NCBI GenBank assembly: GCA_002104905.1
Contig: MCFE01000537.1
Span: forward strand, 1 to 60,799
DNA length: 60,799 nt
Reading direction: 5' to 3'
Origin: Basidiobolus meristosporus CBS 931.73
Lineage: Eukaryota; Fungi; Basidiobolomycota
A program made the position numbers and the translations under genes. This document shows positions 37,501-50,559 of the stretch, piece by piece. Numbering within the stretch: the first letter of the stretch is position 1; each line of letters opens with the position of its first letter. The notes under the pieces were generated by a model that was given only the letters and a program-made list of their open reading frames with translations, was not told where the DNA came from and did not search any database.

Positions 37501-38499
37501 TTGGATAGTTTCTTGTCCCACTGCATCAAGTGTTCTATCATCACCCATGAAATCCTTGTTGATTGGAATTTCTTAATATTGGGTAAAAAGTTCTTTTTGG
37601 TGTGTAAAGTATTGAGATGCTCCAGAGTCAATATACCATGTCTGAGAATCCTTGTTTGTGATCATATTTAGTGCAGAGATGAATAGTTTCTCCTCAGTTG
37701 TTGCAGTATTTCCATATTTAGGCTTCTTTTGCTGATTATCACTCTTTTTGAGACACCAGCGTGATGTGTGTCCTTTCCTTTTGCGGTAGTTGCCAAACAG
37801 GTTGCTATTGCCTTTGTAAGGTCTTGGGTGCCTCCTTTGTTGGTTATCATTGCTTATTAAAGCCTTTTCTTCTTCCTTCTTATTGGTGCTTCACTTTCTT
37901 GATTCTTTGTCCAGGAGCCTTCCATATATGTAATTTAAGGTCAAATTATCAGTTCTGGACTCTAGGGCTGATACAAGGCCCTTGAGCTTGTCTATCAGGC
38001 TATTCAGGATGGTTACTATCACATCCACTTCAGAAGTTGGTATGCCCACAGATTCCATCTCATCTACCAGCAGGGTATATCTGTTGATTACATTTTTCAT
38101 TTCTTCTCCTGGCTGCATCTTTGTAGTAGAGAACTTTTGTCTCAGATACATTTTCTTAGCAGCTGAACATGACTGGTAGGTGTCTTCTAATGCGTTCCAG
38201 GCATTTTTTGCCATTTTTGATCTTGAGAATTGAATCAGCAATTTGTCTTTAAATCAAAGCAAATGCAGTTAAAGGCACTTTGTTCTTTCTTCTGGTACTT
38301 TAAGGCTTCCTCTCCCACGTTTTTAGGAGGGCATTCTTCTCTCATGACAATATCCCAAAGGCTTCTTTCTTGTAGCAGGATCTTCAACTTCACCTTCCGT
38401 GCTTGGTAGTTAAGTCCATCCAACTTTTCAGCAGAGTGGAAAGTTCCAGTAATAGCAGTAGTTGACATTGCAGAGAGTGACAGCTTGGAGCTCATAGCC

Positions 38500-38848
38500 T
38501 GTTGTAAGAGTCTTGGAGATATTGGAAGTGATTGGGAGGACAAGTAGATTATGTGGTTCTGATTTAATGATTCATTGAGTGTAAAAGTAATACTTACACT
38601 TTCTCATGGTCTTGGCATAAGAACCATGTAGAATAGGCTAAGGAAGGTCCCAAGAACATATGTGCAAAGTTTGAGGCTGTTTGGACTACTTTGATGATTT
38701 TCATGTTCTGGGTACCAGGTATTTTGGTGAAAATATCTCAAGTAAATCCCAACAAGGAATTTAGTTGGTATTCTCTAGGATTTGAAAGTAATCATATAAG
38801 TGACTAAGTTAGGTGAATATTTGGGTGGAATTACAAATTCTTACAACA
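38500..38848 (-). repeat. 5' LTR of copia element
   Basis: TGTTGTAAGA...TTACAACA; followed on the minus strand by GGCTATGAGCTC (PBS-like). Confidence 0.95.
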
Positions 38849-38989
38849 ATGACCACATGAAAATTGATCAGGTGTGACAGCTGAAAATAGATGCTGAGAA
38901 GTGATTGAATAAACCATAACAGAGATTAATTATGTTAAAGTTAGGGAAAATCAGTTAGGGTACTAGATTTTCTAACACAGTGAAATTGG

Positions 38990-39670
38990 CCAAGTTTAAA
39001 TGTTGATGCACAACAGTCAGCAGTATGTCTTAAGAAACTCAGGCACTTCAAATAATCTATCTTGCAATCTGGATTCTTGATAACTCTTTGGGACCATGTA
39101 GAGATTTTTTGAGCTTGCAAAGCGTAGGGGCTTATCTCATTCAATGCACCCATGTGGTTGGCGCACATATGTGCCCTGAGTAGACTTCCCATTCAAAAAT
39201 GCAGTTTGCACACTCATTTGATGAACAAAAACCTTAAATTTGAGTGCACAAGCCATTATTCATCTTATGGTATTAAACTTAACCACTAATGCAAAGGTAT
39301 CAGCGTAGTCTAGCTCATTAGCTTCAGAGTATTGTTTAGCTACAAGTTTGCCTAAGTATCTTCCATCTGTGACAACAGCCATATATTTTGTGTTGGATAT
39401 TCATCTGCATCAACCAATTTGTGGTCAATTGGTGATTTAATCTGGTTCTGAGTATGCATATCTACTTGGGCCTGATACTCTTCATTTATTGCAGATCTTC
39501 AAAGCATTGTCTGAGGGCTATTTAGGGCCTCTTTACTATCAGAGGTGCTTGGTATGGAATTCCTTGGCATAGGCTAGGTATATGCACGCATTAAGATAGT
39601 AATTTGGCCCATCTCTAATATGGCAGAATCTTCTGGCTTGTAATTCTAGAATGATAACATGTCTGGGCAC
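38990..39670 (-). mobile_element. Older decayed copia RT fragment
   Basis: LCKLKKSLHG and a SAINEEYQA-type region, similar to 35600-36200 but more degraded. Confidence 0.75.
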
Positions 39671-39679
39671 ATTGGACTA

Positions 39680-40730
39680 TGTTGCTGTCAAATGTGTGAG
39701 ATCCATAGGGTATATTTCATAGTTCTACCACATTATTGTTATCAAAATGCCAACACCAAGAGCATTGTCTTCCCAGTAAGCAAATCTACAGAAGGCAGCA
39801 TGTAATTGCAGCAAAGTTGGTAAGCTTTCAGCCATTGTCTGGATTACCAAATATATTGGAAACCAGAGATACTTAAGATAGAGGGTACTTGCTAGAGTAA
39901 AGCTTTCCACTAGGTACAATGCATATGATTTCAAAATATCATAATACTAAAAACCAAGTTGTACATGGGTCATTTCTAGCTAAATGTGCCATACAAGATA
40001 CTGGCAAAATTTGAAAGAATTAGCAAGATATTATAGAGTATCTGCTACCCAATGAACTTCTCATGGGCTCCAATGCATATTTATACTCATATGTAACAAT
40101 ACAAATGCAAGGACCGGATGAGCTGGATATGTATATATTCAAGAGCCCTTCTGAAGCCATTTCTACCCAGTGCACATGGGAAGCATTGGGAGTCATATTT
40201 TGACATTGTAGGAATACCTATCCAGAAACAGATCACTAATTTAAGCTTGATGCACTTACAGCTTTTATGCCAGACATTTGTGCCAGGATTTGAGTGGCTA
40301 TACTATAAGCATAAAGCTGAATGCATTGATCACTGTCACTACTGTATCCATTCTCTACTCCATCTTACCTTGTGTGTGGAAAATATTGGTACTTGCTTCA
40401 CCTTGTGGGAATGTTCTATGGAGTGGTTGTGTGGGGAGATACAAAGACAAGTCAAGTTGCAGGTACTATCATACCCCAATCTCATAAAAAATATTACCAT
40501 TGAGACCATCATTGATGTGATGAGTTGTTATATGGAGACACCTATGCCTTTGGCATTATGAAGCTAAGCAGCAGAGTTGGGCAGTGTGCAACAAGCAGCC
40601 AATTCTATTAGGACATATTACTTAAGTATGCCTGGTTTCTCTTTATTACAAGGCAGTTTCTGCACTATTTAATTCAGAATCCACCCACAAAAGTACCAAA
40701 GCACACCTATAAGGGGGACTAGAATCCAAT
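39680..40730 (+). mobile_element. CACTA/EnSpm-like transposase fragment (copy 1)
   Basis: WICIYSRALLKPFLP...FEWLYY...IHSLLHL...IG..FTLWECSMEWLCG; inverted homolog of 41830-42960. Confidence 0.8.
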
Positions 40731-41279
40731 AGTTTTTGTTATTTGAGTTGTAGATGGAATATACAAGGTAGTAGTGAGAAGCAAATAAATTAGGGTGATT
40801 CCAATATACCCCCTATGAAAATAATTGTGATGATCCTGCCAAGAGGCCATCACATCTATACAAAGACTGTTTAAAGGAAATGCACCCCAGATTTCACAAA
40901 AAACTTGTACTAAATTTTTCTTCACAGCAACACATAAGTGCTTTTGATTGATTCTTTGCCAATTATCTCAATTTCTGATCCTAGAGACACATCACCTCCT
41001 ACATTTATGGGCATTGGTTAGCTATTACTTCTTTTTCACACACCTTTCATGCTGACACACCCTATGTAAAATAATTTGATCCTGTGGGTGGATCCAATCC
41101 AGATCATCCAACAAGATCCGGTTTAGAGACCATCATAATAACAGCAGCTTGGAATTAGTGACCCTCCTGACAATCTTGTAACAAGATCATGACGGTGTTT
41201 TGCAAATTTTACAGCCAAATAAAGGGATAAAACTTGACAATTTTTGATTGGTGCTGTGAAAATATTTGCATGGTATTGT

Positions 41280-43480
41280 TGCAGTCTTTCAGCACTCCAT
41301 TACTATTTTAAGTGGATCCAGTTGGCCTGAACTTCAAATTGCCTTATATGGCAAGAAACTTGATGGTATTTTGATGGCCTCACAGCAAGACTCTGATGGC
41401 TTTTTCTTGGCAGTATGACGGCCTGCTGCTGGTTCTGTATGATGCTACCGTACCAATTTACCAAATGGTATTTCCTTTTTCTACCTCCCCTTGTGCAATT
41501 CATGTATTCCACTATATAATCACCTTTCTTTATTTGCTTACCTACTACAACCGTGGATATTCCACAAATAGTTTGAATCAAAAAAAACTATGGCCTCCTG
41601 CCTACTGACCTCTACAAATGCGCACACCTGTTGCAATTGACATACTTCTATCACATCAACTTTATGGCTTTTTAGTGTGATACTTGCAAAGTTGCCATAT
41701 ACCTTGTACTGCTGGTAGCATATGCATCTTGCAAACATATGCTTGGTTGTTGCCACTTTGGCCATGAATACCTCCTGAATATTGGCAAAGAGCTTCTTAG
41801 TATTTAGCCAATATATTCCTTCTCCCTGCTGGATTCTAGTCCCCCTTACAGGTGCGCTCTGGCTTTTGTTTGTGTGAATTCTGTATTGAATGGTGTAGAA
41901 TTTGGCTTGTGACCACAAGAAATCTGGCATATCTTGGTGAAGTTTTCCTGATAAAAATTACTTGCTTGTTGCACCCAACCCAACTTTGCATTACTTGACT
42001 GAATACCCATGCATTGGGGCTGTTTAGCTTTGTAATGCCATAGGCATAGGTGTCTCCATGTGCACATTTGTCCTCAGTACTTTCCAACTCTTTCTGGCTG
42101 TCCTCTATGTGCCAACTCATCACATCCATGACGGACTTGAAGGTAATATTCTTGATGAGATTGGGATATGGTAGTACCTGCAACTTGACTTGTCTTCCTA
42201 TCTCCCACACATCTGCTCCATAGGAAACTCCCAAAAGGTGAAGCAAGGCCCAATATTCTCCACACACCATGCAAGATGGAGTAGAGAATGGATACTGTAG
42301 TGGCAGAGATCTACGCATTCAGCTTTATGTTTGTAGTATAGCCACTTAAATCCTGTCACAAACTCCTCACACAACAGCTGTAGATGTGTCAAGTTGGCAT
42401 TGGTGATCCGCTTCTGGATAAATATTCCTACAATGTCCATATATGACTCCCAATGCTTCCAATGTACTCTTGGTAGGAATGGCTTCAGAACACCACTTGA
42501 ATAAATACATATCCAGCTCATCCAGTCTTTGCATTTGTATTGTCACATATGCATATGAATATTAAGTGGAGCCTGTGAGAAGTACTTAAGGTAGCAGATA
42601 CTCTATAATATCTTGCCAATTTTTTCAAACTTCTCTGGTATCTCAAAGGGCTCATTTAGCTTGAAACGCCCCATGTACAACTTGGTCATCAGTATAGGGA
42701 TATTGTTGAAAAGCAAATGCATTGCTCCCAGTGGAAAGCTTTTGCTCCAACAGATACCCTCTGTCTTAACTATCCCTGGTTTCCAACTGATTCCATATTC
42801 TGGCCAGTGGCTTATAGCTTGCCAACTTTACTGCAATTGCATGCTTGATTCTGTACATTCTCTCTGTGGATAGATGTTGTTTTTAATGCTGGTGTTTGGG
42901 TAATAATAATGTGTGTGAGTTGGGGAGTAAATCCCCTGGATCTCACACACTCAACAGCAATACCATCCATTGTGCCCAGAAAAACCTGTTATCTTGCTGA
43001 TGGCTGGGGTATCCCCAATGCAGATAATTATATGTGCTTTTATATGATGGCCATTAACCGTTATCCTGCTGGAAAGCATACAAAATTTATCCAGCAATGG
43101 ATACAGGTAGCTATCTAGGTTGGATGGTGATTTAGGCCCAGATACCAGTGAGACTACCATTGATTTATTGCTCTGATACTGTAAGGTGGGTGGCAGATTC
43201 AGATTGATGAGAATCAGTGGCTAGCAGAATTTGCTGGTAGAGTACTTGTTTAATGAGAATCCATCAAGTGCTAAAGCAAATGCATGGTCATACATACCTT
43301 CAAAGTAGCCTTTGCTTCTTAGCTGTTTGTAATGTTTGCCATTGAATATATTAGACTTGTCCTTGTAATACTTCCTATGCTGTCTGCATGTTCCATGGCT
43401 GAGAGGCTTGCCACAGTAGCCACATGGGCTTTTTTCTCTTCTCTTATGGCATTGAGTCAAAGTAGTCTTGTCCATGGGGC
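41280..43480 (-). mobile_element. CACTA/EnSpm-like (CMC) transposase pseudogene, most complete copy (copy 2)
   Basis: IFNGKHY...FALALDGF, GPKSPSNLDSYLYPL, IGDTPAISKITGFSGHNGWYCC, HSLLHLAWCVENIGPCFTFWEFPMEQMCG; motifs typical of Transposase_21/DUF4218-type fungal CMC elements. Confidence 0.85.
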
Positions 43481-43697
43481 AAACAGTTTGACCTTCAACA
43501 ATGTGAAGCTATTATATCATTTTTTGGTCAATACTCATGTGAATTTAAGACAGTCTTGTATTTGAGACATTGCACCTACATGAATGTAAGATTCAATGAT
43601 GACCCACCATAGTAAGAATCATAAATAAAATTGTGGCACCACATACACACAAATATGTAACACTATTTCCCCTTTGGTTTGACTCACTTCCATATAC

Positions 43698-45044
43698 ATG
43701 CCACCAAAAAATAAAGCAAAGTTGTCTGGTTCTCAACCAAACCCCACCACTGATGACAACAGAAGAATGGTTGGACAACAGCTTGCTTTGACAATCAGTG
43801 CAACAAGCAGGGCTACATCCAAAAAAGGCCCTGTGGACAGTGTGCCCATTGAAGGTAATAATGTGGACTCCTCAGGCTCTCAGCCAAGTAGGCAATTGAG
43901 AAGCTCTGTGGAGCCATAAGCTGGCCATTATGCTCAGGCAGATTAGAATGTAGCAAATGCAGTACCCTCAGTTGAAGATCAGCAGGTGGCCATGATAACA
44001 TCACCACCACCCATATTAGGAACTATGTTGTCAGCTCATACCAAAGCATTAATGAAGCAATTAGTTGCAGTGGCTGATAGGATAGATGAAATGGCCCAGA
44101 GAGATCAGGCGGTAGTCCAGAAATAGAATGAGTGGATAATACATGTAGAGCAATCAATATCCCAGGTAGGGAAAGCAGTATCTTTGCTGCAGAGAAGGAA
44201 CTCAAGTAGCTCAATGTCACAGCCCAGAATTGAGCCATTTCTTGATGTAACAGCAGAGGAACACCATACAGTCTTTGAAGCACAACAACAGTGCCCAAAG
44301 ATAAAGCCCACAGAAAAAGCTATCACAGTGTGGGAGGGAGACATTGTGGTGTTTATACCAAAGCCTAAAAATCAGAAGACTTTGAAGATCTGTGAAGCTG
44401 TTGAGTGCAATAATAAAGAGTGGGCTAATATATAAGAGGCCGTCAGAAGTCTAGCACACCGTTGCCTTAAGGCCAGCATACCATGGGACCATCAGGAACT
44501 CAAGGCCAAGCAGAATGCACTTGACTTGTTCCATGAGCATTATCCTGGATTCAAACGGGCAAACAAATTTTGGGCCAGCATTGATATGCTAAGAAAGTAT
44601 CTTAAGAATAGCAGAAACTATCAAAGGCAGAAGAACAAGGGTGCCATGGCTAAAAACCAGCAGCTTCTTTGAGAGCCAGTTACATGCAGGGCAAAAAGCT
44701 CCAGACAAGCGTCAAAGAGATGTCAGGCAGCTGGAAGAGTGCCAATTAAGGGCAAGTAGACAGACATGGATGCACCAGCACAATATTTATCAAGGAAAAA
44801 GCGTGGTACCACTCAAGAAGCACCCAGTCAAAGCAGCAGTGAAGGACCTGGCAATGATAAAAACCAGCTGCTTTTACAGGAGCCCATCACAACTACAGTT
44901 GAGAGCTCAAAACAAGATGAAAAGAAATGTCAGGTTGCCAGAAGAGTGCCAATAAGGGACAAGCAGGCCAAAACAGATTTGTCAGAGCAGAATTTATTCA
45001 GGAGAAAACATAGTTCTTCACAAGCATCATCTGTATCCAATTGA
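43698..45044 (+). pseudogene. Decayed 449-codon accessory ORF divergent from the CACTA transposase
   Basis: Track ORFs at 43698, 44184 and 44766 share one frame; 6 internal stops and no frameshift. Coiled coil followed by a helical domain (AVRSLAHRCL...PWDHQ...YPGFKRANKFWASIDMLRKYLKNSRNY). The 3' end runs into copia sequence at about 45025. Confidence 0.75.
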
Positions 45045-47237
45045 TTATTGGTTACTACTAATTTGGCTAAGTCCCAAGTTTGTTTTTCCATATGGGCATG
45101 ATACTCCTCAGTCATTGCAGATCTCCAGAAGTTTGTCTGAGGGCTATTTAGGGCCTCTTTTACAGTCTGGGGTTAATCAATATGGACTGAACAGACAAAG
45201 GTTAAGTTTGTACTACCATTTGTTTAATATGTTGAGCTATTTGTGGACTTGCAAAATCTCTGGGTCTGGGAGACTAAAATGATCACTTCTTGGATGTTCT
45301 AGGCACTGACTCAGGCTGCACTTAAAGTTGCACAGTTCTCTGGAGTGAGGAAATTTTCATTGCATTATTCTGACTTAATTCTGACCATTGGTAGACCTGA
45401 GATATGATACTTGTCATTATCTAGGTCATTTTTTGTGAAAAATTCAATTTATTAAGATAGCATTGCTTGGCTTGCTCAGCTTCTTTGCTTTTGTATTGCA
45501 GAATCTGAAAACCTTACTCATATTGCAAATGCTCCAAAATATGCATTTCACACTTTTGGCTCAATTTTGATGGATTTCTGGCTGGTTTCTTGGCATGTGA
45601 TGTGCACCAAAGTGTTCTTAGATGCTCTCTACCTGGCCTGTATCCAAGACATGCCTCAAATGGAGCAGAAGCACAAAGTAATCTGCCATAGCTCCTATTT
45701 TCAGGATATACAGCGGTAGTAGCTGATTCCACCAATAATCAAAAGATAATTGTAGATCATGGATCATAGATCTTGCTGTATCAATAGTTGATCTGTTTGC
45801 ATATTCTGCCACTCCATTTTGCTGTGAGATGTATGGTACAGTGGTCTCTTGCTTTATCCCAAGAGCTTTGCAGAGTTGGATGACAAGTTTTGAGATATAT
45901 TCCCCACCATTGTTGGAGTGTATTTTCTTGATTTTTGCCAGTTTCTCTCTCCACCATGGCTGTAAGCTTCCTGAGCTTTGACAAAGCTTTTTCCATGCTT
46001 TCCATTCAGTAGACCATATGTATCTTGTAAAATCATCATTCATGGTGATTTCTTGCTTCATCCCACATAAGGATAAATCTTTCATAGATATACACAGATC
46101 TGAGTGAATTAGATCAAATTTTTGCCCAATATGTATCAACCCAGAGCTCTTGATCTGCTGTTGGCCTTGAGTCCCATTTGTGTAGATTTCATAGTGCCTC
46201 AATTCTTCTAGGGGATCAATTTTAACTTTGGAAATTATCAGATCTTTGACCATTTTGCTCAAATAATCACAGTTGATGTGTCCAAATCTTCTATACCAAA
46301 GCATTGATGTTTATACATTTAAGTTATTTGTGTAAATTGCAATACTTGACACCCAAAGCAACATGGGCACCATTTTGATCAGTGATCCTGCATCCAGGGT
46401 AGTCAAACCTGAAACTGAGAATTTCTGCTGTAGCCTTGCTTACAGATATTAGGTTCTTGACTATTTTTGGTACATAGAGTACATCTCTGAAGGTAAGTGT
46501 GTGGCTTCCATCACTGCTTCTGATGCTCACCTGAATAGTTCCTTCTCACACTGCATCAAGCGTTTTAATGTCACCCATGATAGCCTTCTTGATTGGAATC
46601 TCCTCATATTAGGTAAAAAGATCATTTTAGTGTATAAAATGTCAAGACACTCCAGAGTCAGTATACTGTGTCTGAGAATCCATGTATGTGGTCATATTTA
46701 GTGCAAATATGAAAAGTCTATCATCAGTTGATGGAGCATTTCCCTATATAGGCTTTTTGTGGTTACTATCTCTTGTTTGAGATAAAGGCCTGATGTCTGT
46801 CCTTTGCTTTTGTAGTAATTGAAAGACAGGTTGCTATTGTCATAAAGGGACTTGCATACCTCTGTTGTTGGTTATTACTGCTTATTAAAGCATTCTCTTC
46901 TTCCTTCTTGTTTATGCTTAATTTTCTTCATTCAGCATCCAGAAGCCTTCCTCTATGTAACTTGAGGTCAAATTCTCAGTTCTGGTCCCTAGGGCTAATA
47001 CAAGGTCCTGTAACTCATATATTTGGCTCTCACTTGCTAATTAATTTTTATATGGTCTGTGCATAACTATCACATAGAATAGGCTAGCAAGGTTTCAAGA
47101 ATATGTGTGCAAAGTTTGGGTCTGATTGCATAACTTTGAGGTCTTTTATGTACTGCATACCTTATATATTTGTGAGAATATTCCAGATAAGTCCCATCAA
47201 GAAGTTTGGTTAGTATTCACTAAGATTTGCAGGTAAT
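45025..47237 (-). mobile_element. Truncated copia, same family as 34176-38848, with partial 5' LTR (about 47060-47237)
   Basis: LWYRRFGHINC, DLIHSDL, QQNGVAE, SAMTEEY...TWDL. RT core and most of gag deleted; LTR remnant matches 38620-38800. Confidence 0.88.
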
Positions 47238-47615
47238 AGACTTGTTTTGTTGTATAGTGCCACATGAAGCCATGAGTGCCAAATGATACAACAGTGTGCC
47301 AGAGAGGCCAAATGGACCTATATTTATTCACAGAGTGTGAGTCAAAGCTCCTTATCTTCATGCAAAGCAGCCCCTGTGTTTCACCCATTTTGCTGGAGAT
47401 AATCCACTTTTTGACTTTTTTTTGGGACCTGTGTTGTGCAAGATGTTTAAGTGCACAAAAGACTGAATACTTGCATCTGGTACTCAGTACCAATGGCACC
47501 AAAACTCAAGCTTCTGTGGCATGCAACATGTCACAACAATGAATGTCACCATCTTTGTCCACTGGCACTATCTGGCTCTATAAGTACTTTGTGTAAGCTT
47601 TACTTTAGATGTAAT
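47238..47615. mobile_element. Half copy of the fold-back element (one arm plus spacer)
   Basis: AAT|AGACTTG...; colinear with 53121-53500; inserted in the copia LTR remnant. Confidence 0.85.
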
Positions 47616-47629
47616 CCTAACCCTAACTT

Positions 47630-48378
47630 GGAATTGCAAGAAGCAACCAACTCTAGCCCTACTAACAATCAAAGCTGAATATAGGGCTGCTTGTCAAGAA
47701 ACCAAGGAGGCTATATGGCTACAAAAATTATTCAAAGAACTAGGTATTGACTCAGATGAATCACCATATATTTACAAGGACACTCAAAGCTGTATTTGAT
47801 TAGCTAGAAATCCTACTAATCATGCCACAACTAAGCACATAGATATATAACACCACTTTGTGAGTGAAGCTGTATAAAACAAATTAGTAGAGTTAGTATA
47901 CTTCCTAACTGACAAAATGGTGGCAGGTATATTGACAACACTAGCTTGCGCACAATTGGAGAATCTCAGAGAATAAGTAGGATTCAGTAATTATTTAATT
48001 AAGGTGGAGTGTTGAAATACAGGACTATTTGGTATCATTCAGCAGCTAAAAATTTACTTAACAATTCTGGACAAGTCTTGGTCATTGTAGGACAAGCTTA
48101 CAGCCCTAACTGTGCCACTTCCTTCAGATCCATAATCTAATGATTATTACCCAATAGTTAAGTTCAAACTAGCACTTTGACAAAACATTATGTACTAACC
48201 CTGAAAATGTAAGAAAATGCTCCTGAATATTGAGAAACCCTCCTTACTTAGTGTTACAGTTCTATTACTTCTACATTGGTATAAATACTGAGCTTCCTTA
48301 TGAATAAGCAACAGTTCAACCATTATCACTCTTTCTTGATAAGTTTCTTTTATCAAAATAACTTTTTAAATTGCAACA
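47630..48378 (+). mobile_element. 3' end of another copia (RNaseH, PPT, LTR 48010-48378)
   Basis: KKQPTLAL..IKAEY.AAC...KEAIWL...TKHIDI*HHFV...DKMVAGILT; AAGGTGGAG then TGTTG...CAACA LTR of 369 bp containing TATAAATA. Confidence 0.85.
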
Positions 48379-48629
48379 GAGTCTGCATATTTACTCTCAA
48401 TGAGTGCTCTTTTAATATGCCCATCTTTGGATGTAGATATGCTTGTCGCACTGAGTGCAACAGCAGGCTGTAGTCCCACTGTTCTCCTGCTGCTGTTAGT
48501 AGTTGGGTTTGGTTAGGAATCAAAGAGATTGTTCAATTATTTGGTGCCATATATAATGATTTTGGTCAACCAGTTGAGAAATAGTACTACAAATACAGGT
48601 GCATATGGTGCCACTGCTTTATTTATAAT

Positions 48630-48660
48630 AGACTTGTTCCATTGGATATTACTACATAAT
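48630..48660. mobile_element. Isolated terminus of the fold-back element
   Basis: AAT|AGACTTGTTCCATTGGAT, identical to the reverse complement of the terminus ending at 53853. Confidence 0.65.
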
Positions 48661-48714
48661 AGGAAACAAATCCAACAAATGATATCAGCTCTAATATTTC
48701 ATGGGGATATTTCA

Positions 48715-50390
48715 GATTCTTGATGACTTCAATCTTCTTGGGGTTTAGGGTCACACATGTGCTAATCACTATGTGTCCCAGGTAATCAACATGTTCCTTC
48801 AAGAATTAACACTTTGCTAGCTTGCCACAAAACTTGTTCTCTCTTAGCTTTTTCTAGACCTTTTTAGTGTGGATCAACTGTTTCTCATCTGTCTTGTTGT
48901 CTTCCATATGTCATCTAGGTAAGTTACCACAAACCTGTCTAAGCACTCCTGATATTTCATTGCACCAATGACTGATCTTTTGTCTCTTCATCTCTTCCAA
49001 CTCCAATGGACTCATTTTGCAAGGTGTCTTACTCACTGGAGGTCTATCACCTGTATCAATGGCATTATACATATCTTTGAATAGTAGTAGGCTTACAAGT
49101 TCATCTGGAAACCCATCTAAATATTCCTTCAAAGGAGTCTGGACCTTCTGGGGTGCTGAAGTAGTGGAGGCCTCCTGTAATACTGCCAAGCAGAACATCT
49201 GGGTACCTTTTCTAAGTACTCTTCAGAGCTGTTTCTTGCCAAGTTTACTTGTTTCACACATGCTAGAATTGACCAATTATAATCTTGAAGTGCAGGTAAT
49301 AGCTCATAGGTCTTGTTGTTCTTGTGGATATCAGTGACATGGGTTCTCCAGTTGATTGACAAATTACAACAAAAAAGCCAGGCTTTTCCAAATATAACTT
49401 CAAGCTTGCAGCTCCCAAGTATATAGTCCTGTAGGTCATTTTCATAGTCATTGATCTTTACTCTGACAGGCTGAGTAGTATAGTTAATTATATGAGAATT
49501 CCCATCAGCTGTTGCAACCAAAGTTTAATTGGTGGATTCCAAGCTGATTACAGCCTTCAAGGCCAATTGCTCTGACATGTACTCATGTGAGGCTCCTAAG
49601 TTAGTTATGATCATGGCAGGTACTCCATTCATTAATCCACTCAGGTACAATAGCTTTCTTGAGTTTTAGGTCATTTGAGTTGGGAATTCTTTTGTCATAT
49701 GGATGGTGAGTTCTGAGCCTTCTCTGAGTTCTTCCTTCATGTTACTGTGCTCAAGGGCTTCAATAAGGCTGAAGATTCTTGTTATATGGTGTCCATTTCT
49801 TCTCTAAGAGCAGTACTTTGCAATATGTCTATGCTAGTGGCAATTAAAGCAAAGTACTTCATACATCTTCTGAGGGGGATTCTTCTACATTGCATCTATT
49901 TCCATTGGCATTGCTTCTGATGGACTTCTTGAATAGCAATTATAGCCTCTCTGATTAATCATTGTGGGCTTTCCAACTCCAAACATAGCTCAGTCATAGT
50001 CAATGGCAATCTTGATGCCTTCTTTAATAGTCTGAGGTCTTTGATAACTCACTTCCTTGCAAATTCTTTCTTTCAACCAAACAATAATATATTCAACTTG
50101 ATGCAGGGGGTCCATTCTTTGAATATGTCCAAGTATACATCTGTACTCATAGATGTACTCTTGAGCCACTCCTTAGGACTAGGGATTCTTCAACTTCCTT
50201 CTTGGTAGTGTTTGCTAGTATGGGGGTTCAAAAGCATCCTGAATCTCCAAAACAAACTCATCTCAGGTAGAGATTGTAGATTTTCCCATCATGGTAGCTG
50301 ACCTGATCTTGTTCTGGTACCATTGTAAAGCTGCATCTGCCAAATAAGAAGCGGTATAATACAATTTGCTGATATACCAATTGGCTAACC
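48715..50390 (-). mobile_element. Partial Ty3/gypsy (gag, PR, RT remnants), same family as 51655-57312
   Basis: Colinear with 54660-56660 apart from a deletion of the RT core (EEMKRQ joined to RQVC.NLPR); no LTRs seen. Confidence 0.85.
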
Positions 50391-50559
50391 GTAAAGCTGC
50401 TCAATTTGACTAAAGACTGGTCTAATTTACGCATTCAATTAGTAGATCATAAAACAATTATACAATTGCAAGTCCATGTTAAACTGGAGATGTATTTATT
50501 CATATGACATTCTGAAGCAATTTTTACCTAGAGTGAATTGGAACAATCAGGAGTCATCT

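Larger units (their letters stand above)
34176..38848 (-). mobile_element. Full-length, inactivated Ty1/copia LTR retrotransposon (4673 bp)
   Basis: LTR pair and 5-bp TSD ATGAC (34171-34175 / 38849-38853). Domain order gag, Zn knuckle, PR (WYIDSGASQYF), GAG-pre-integrase (LWHRRFGH), IN, RT ([22 protein letters not shown]), RNaseH. PPT GAGTGGGAG. Many stops. Confidence 0.95.

Noticed and set aside
47615-47628. CCTAACCCTAAC telomere-like sequence at a TE junction
   Set aside because: Only two units; too short to call an interstitial telomere.
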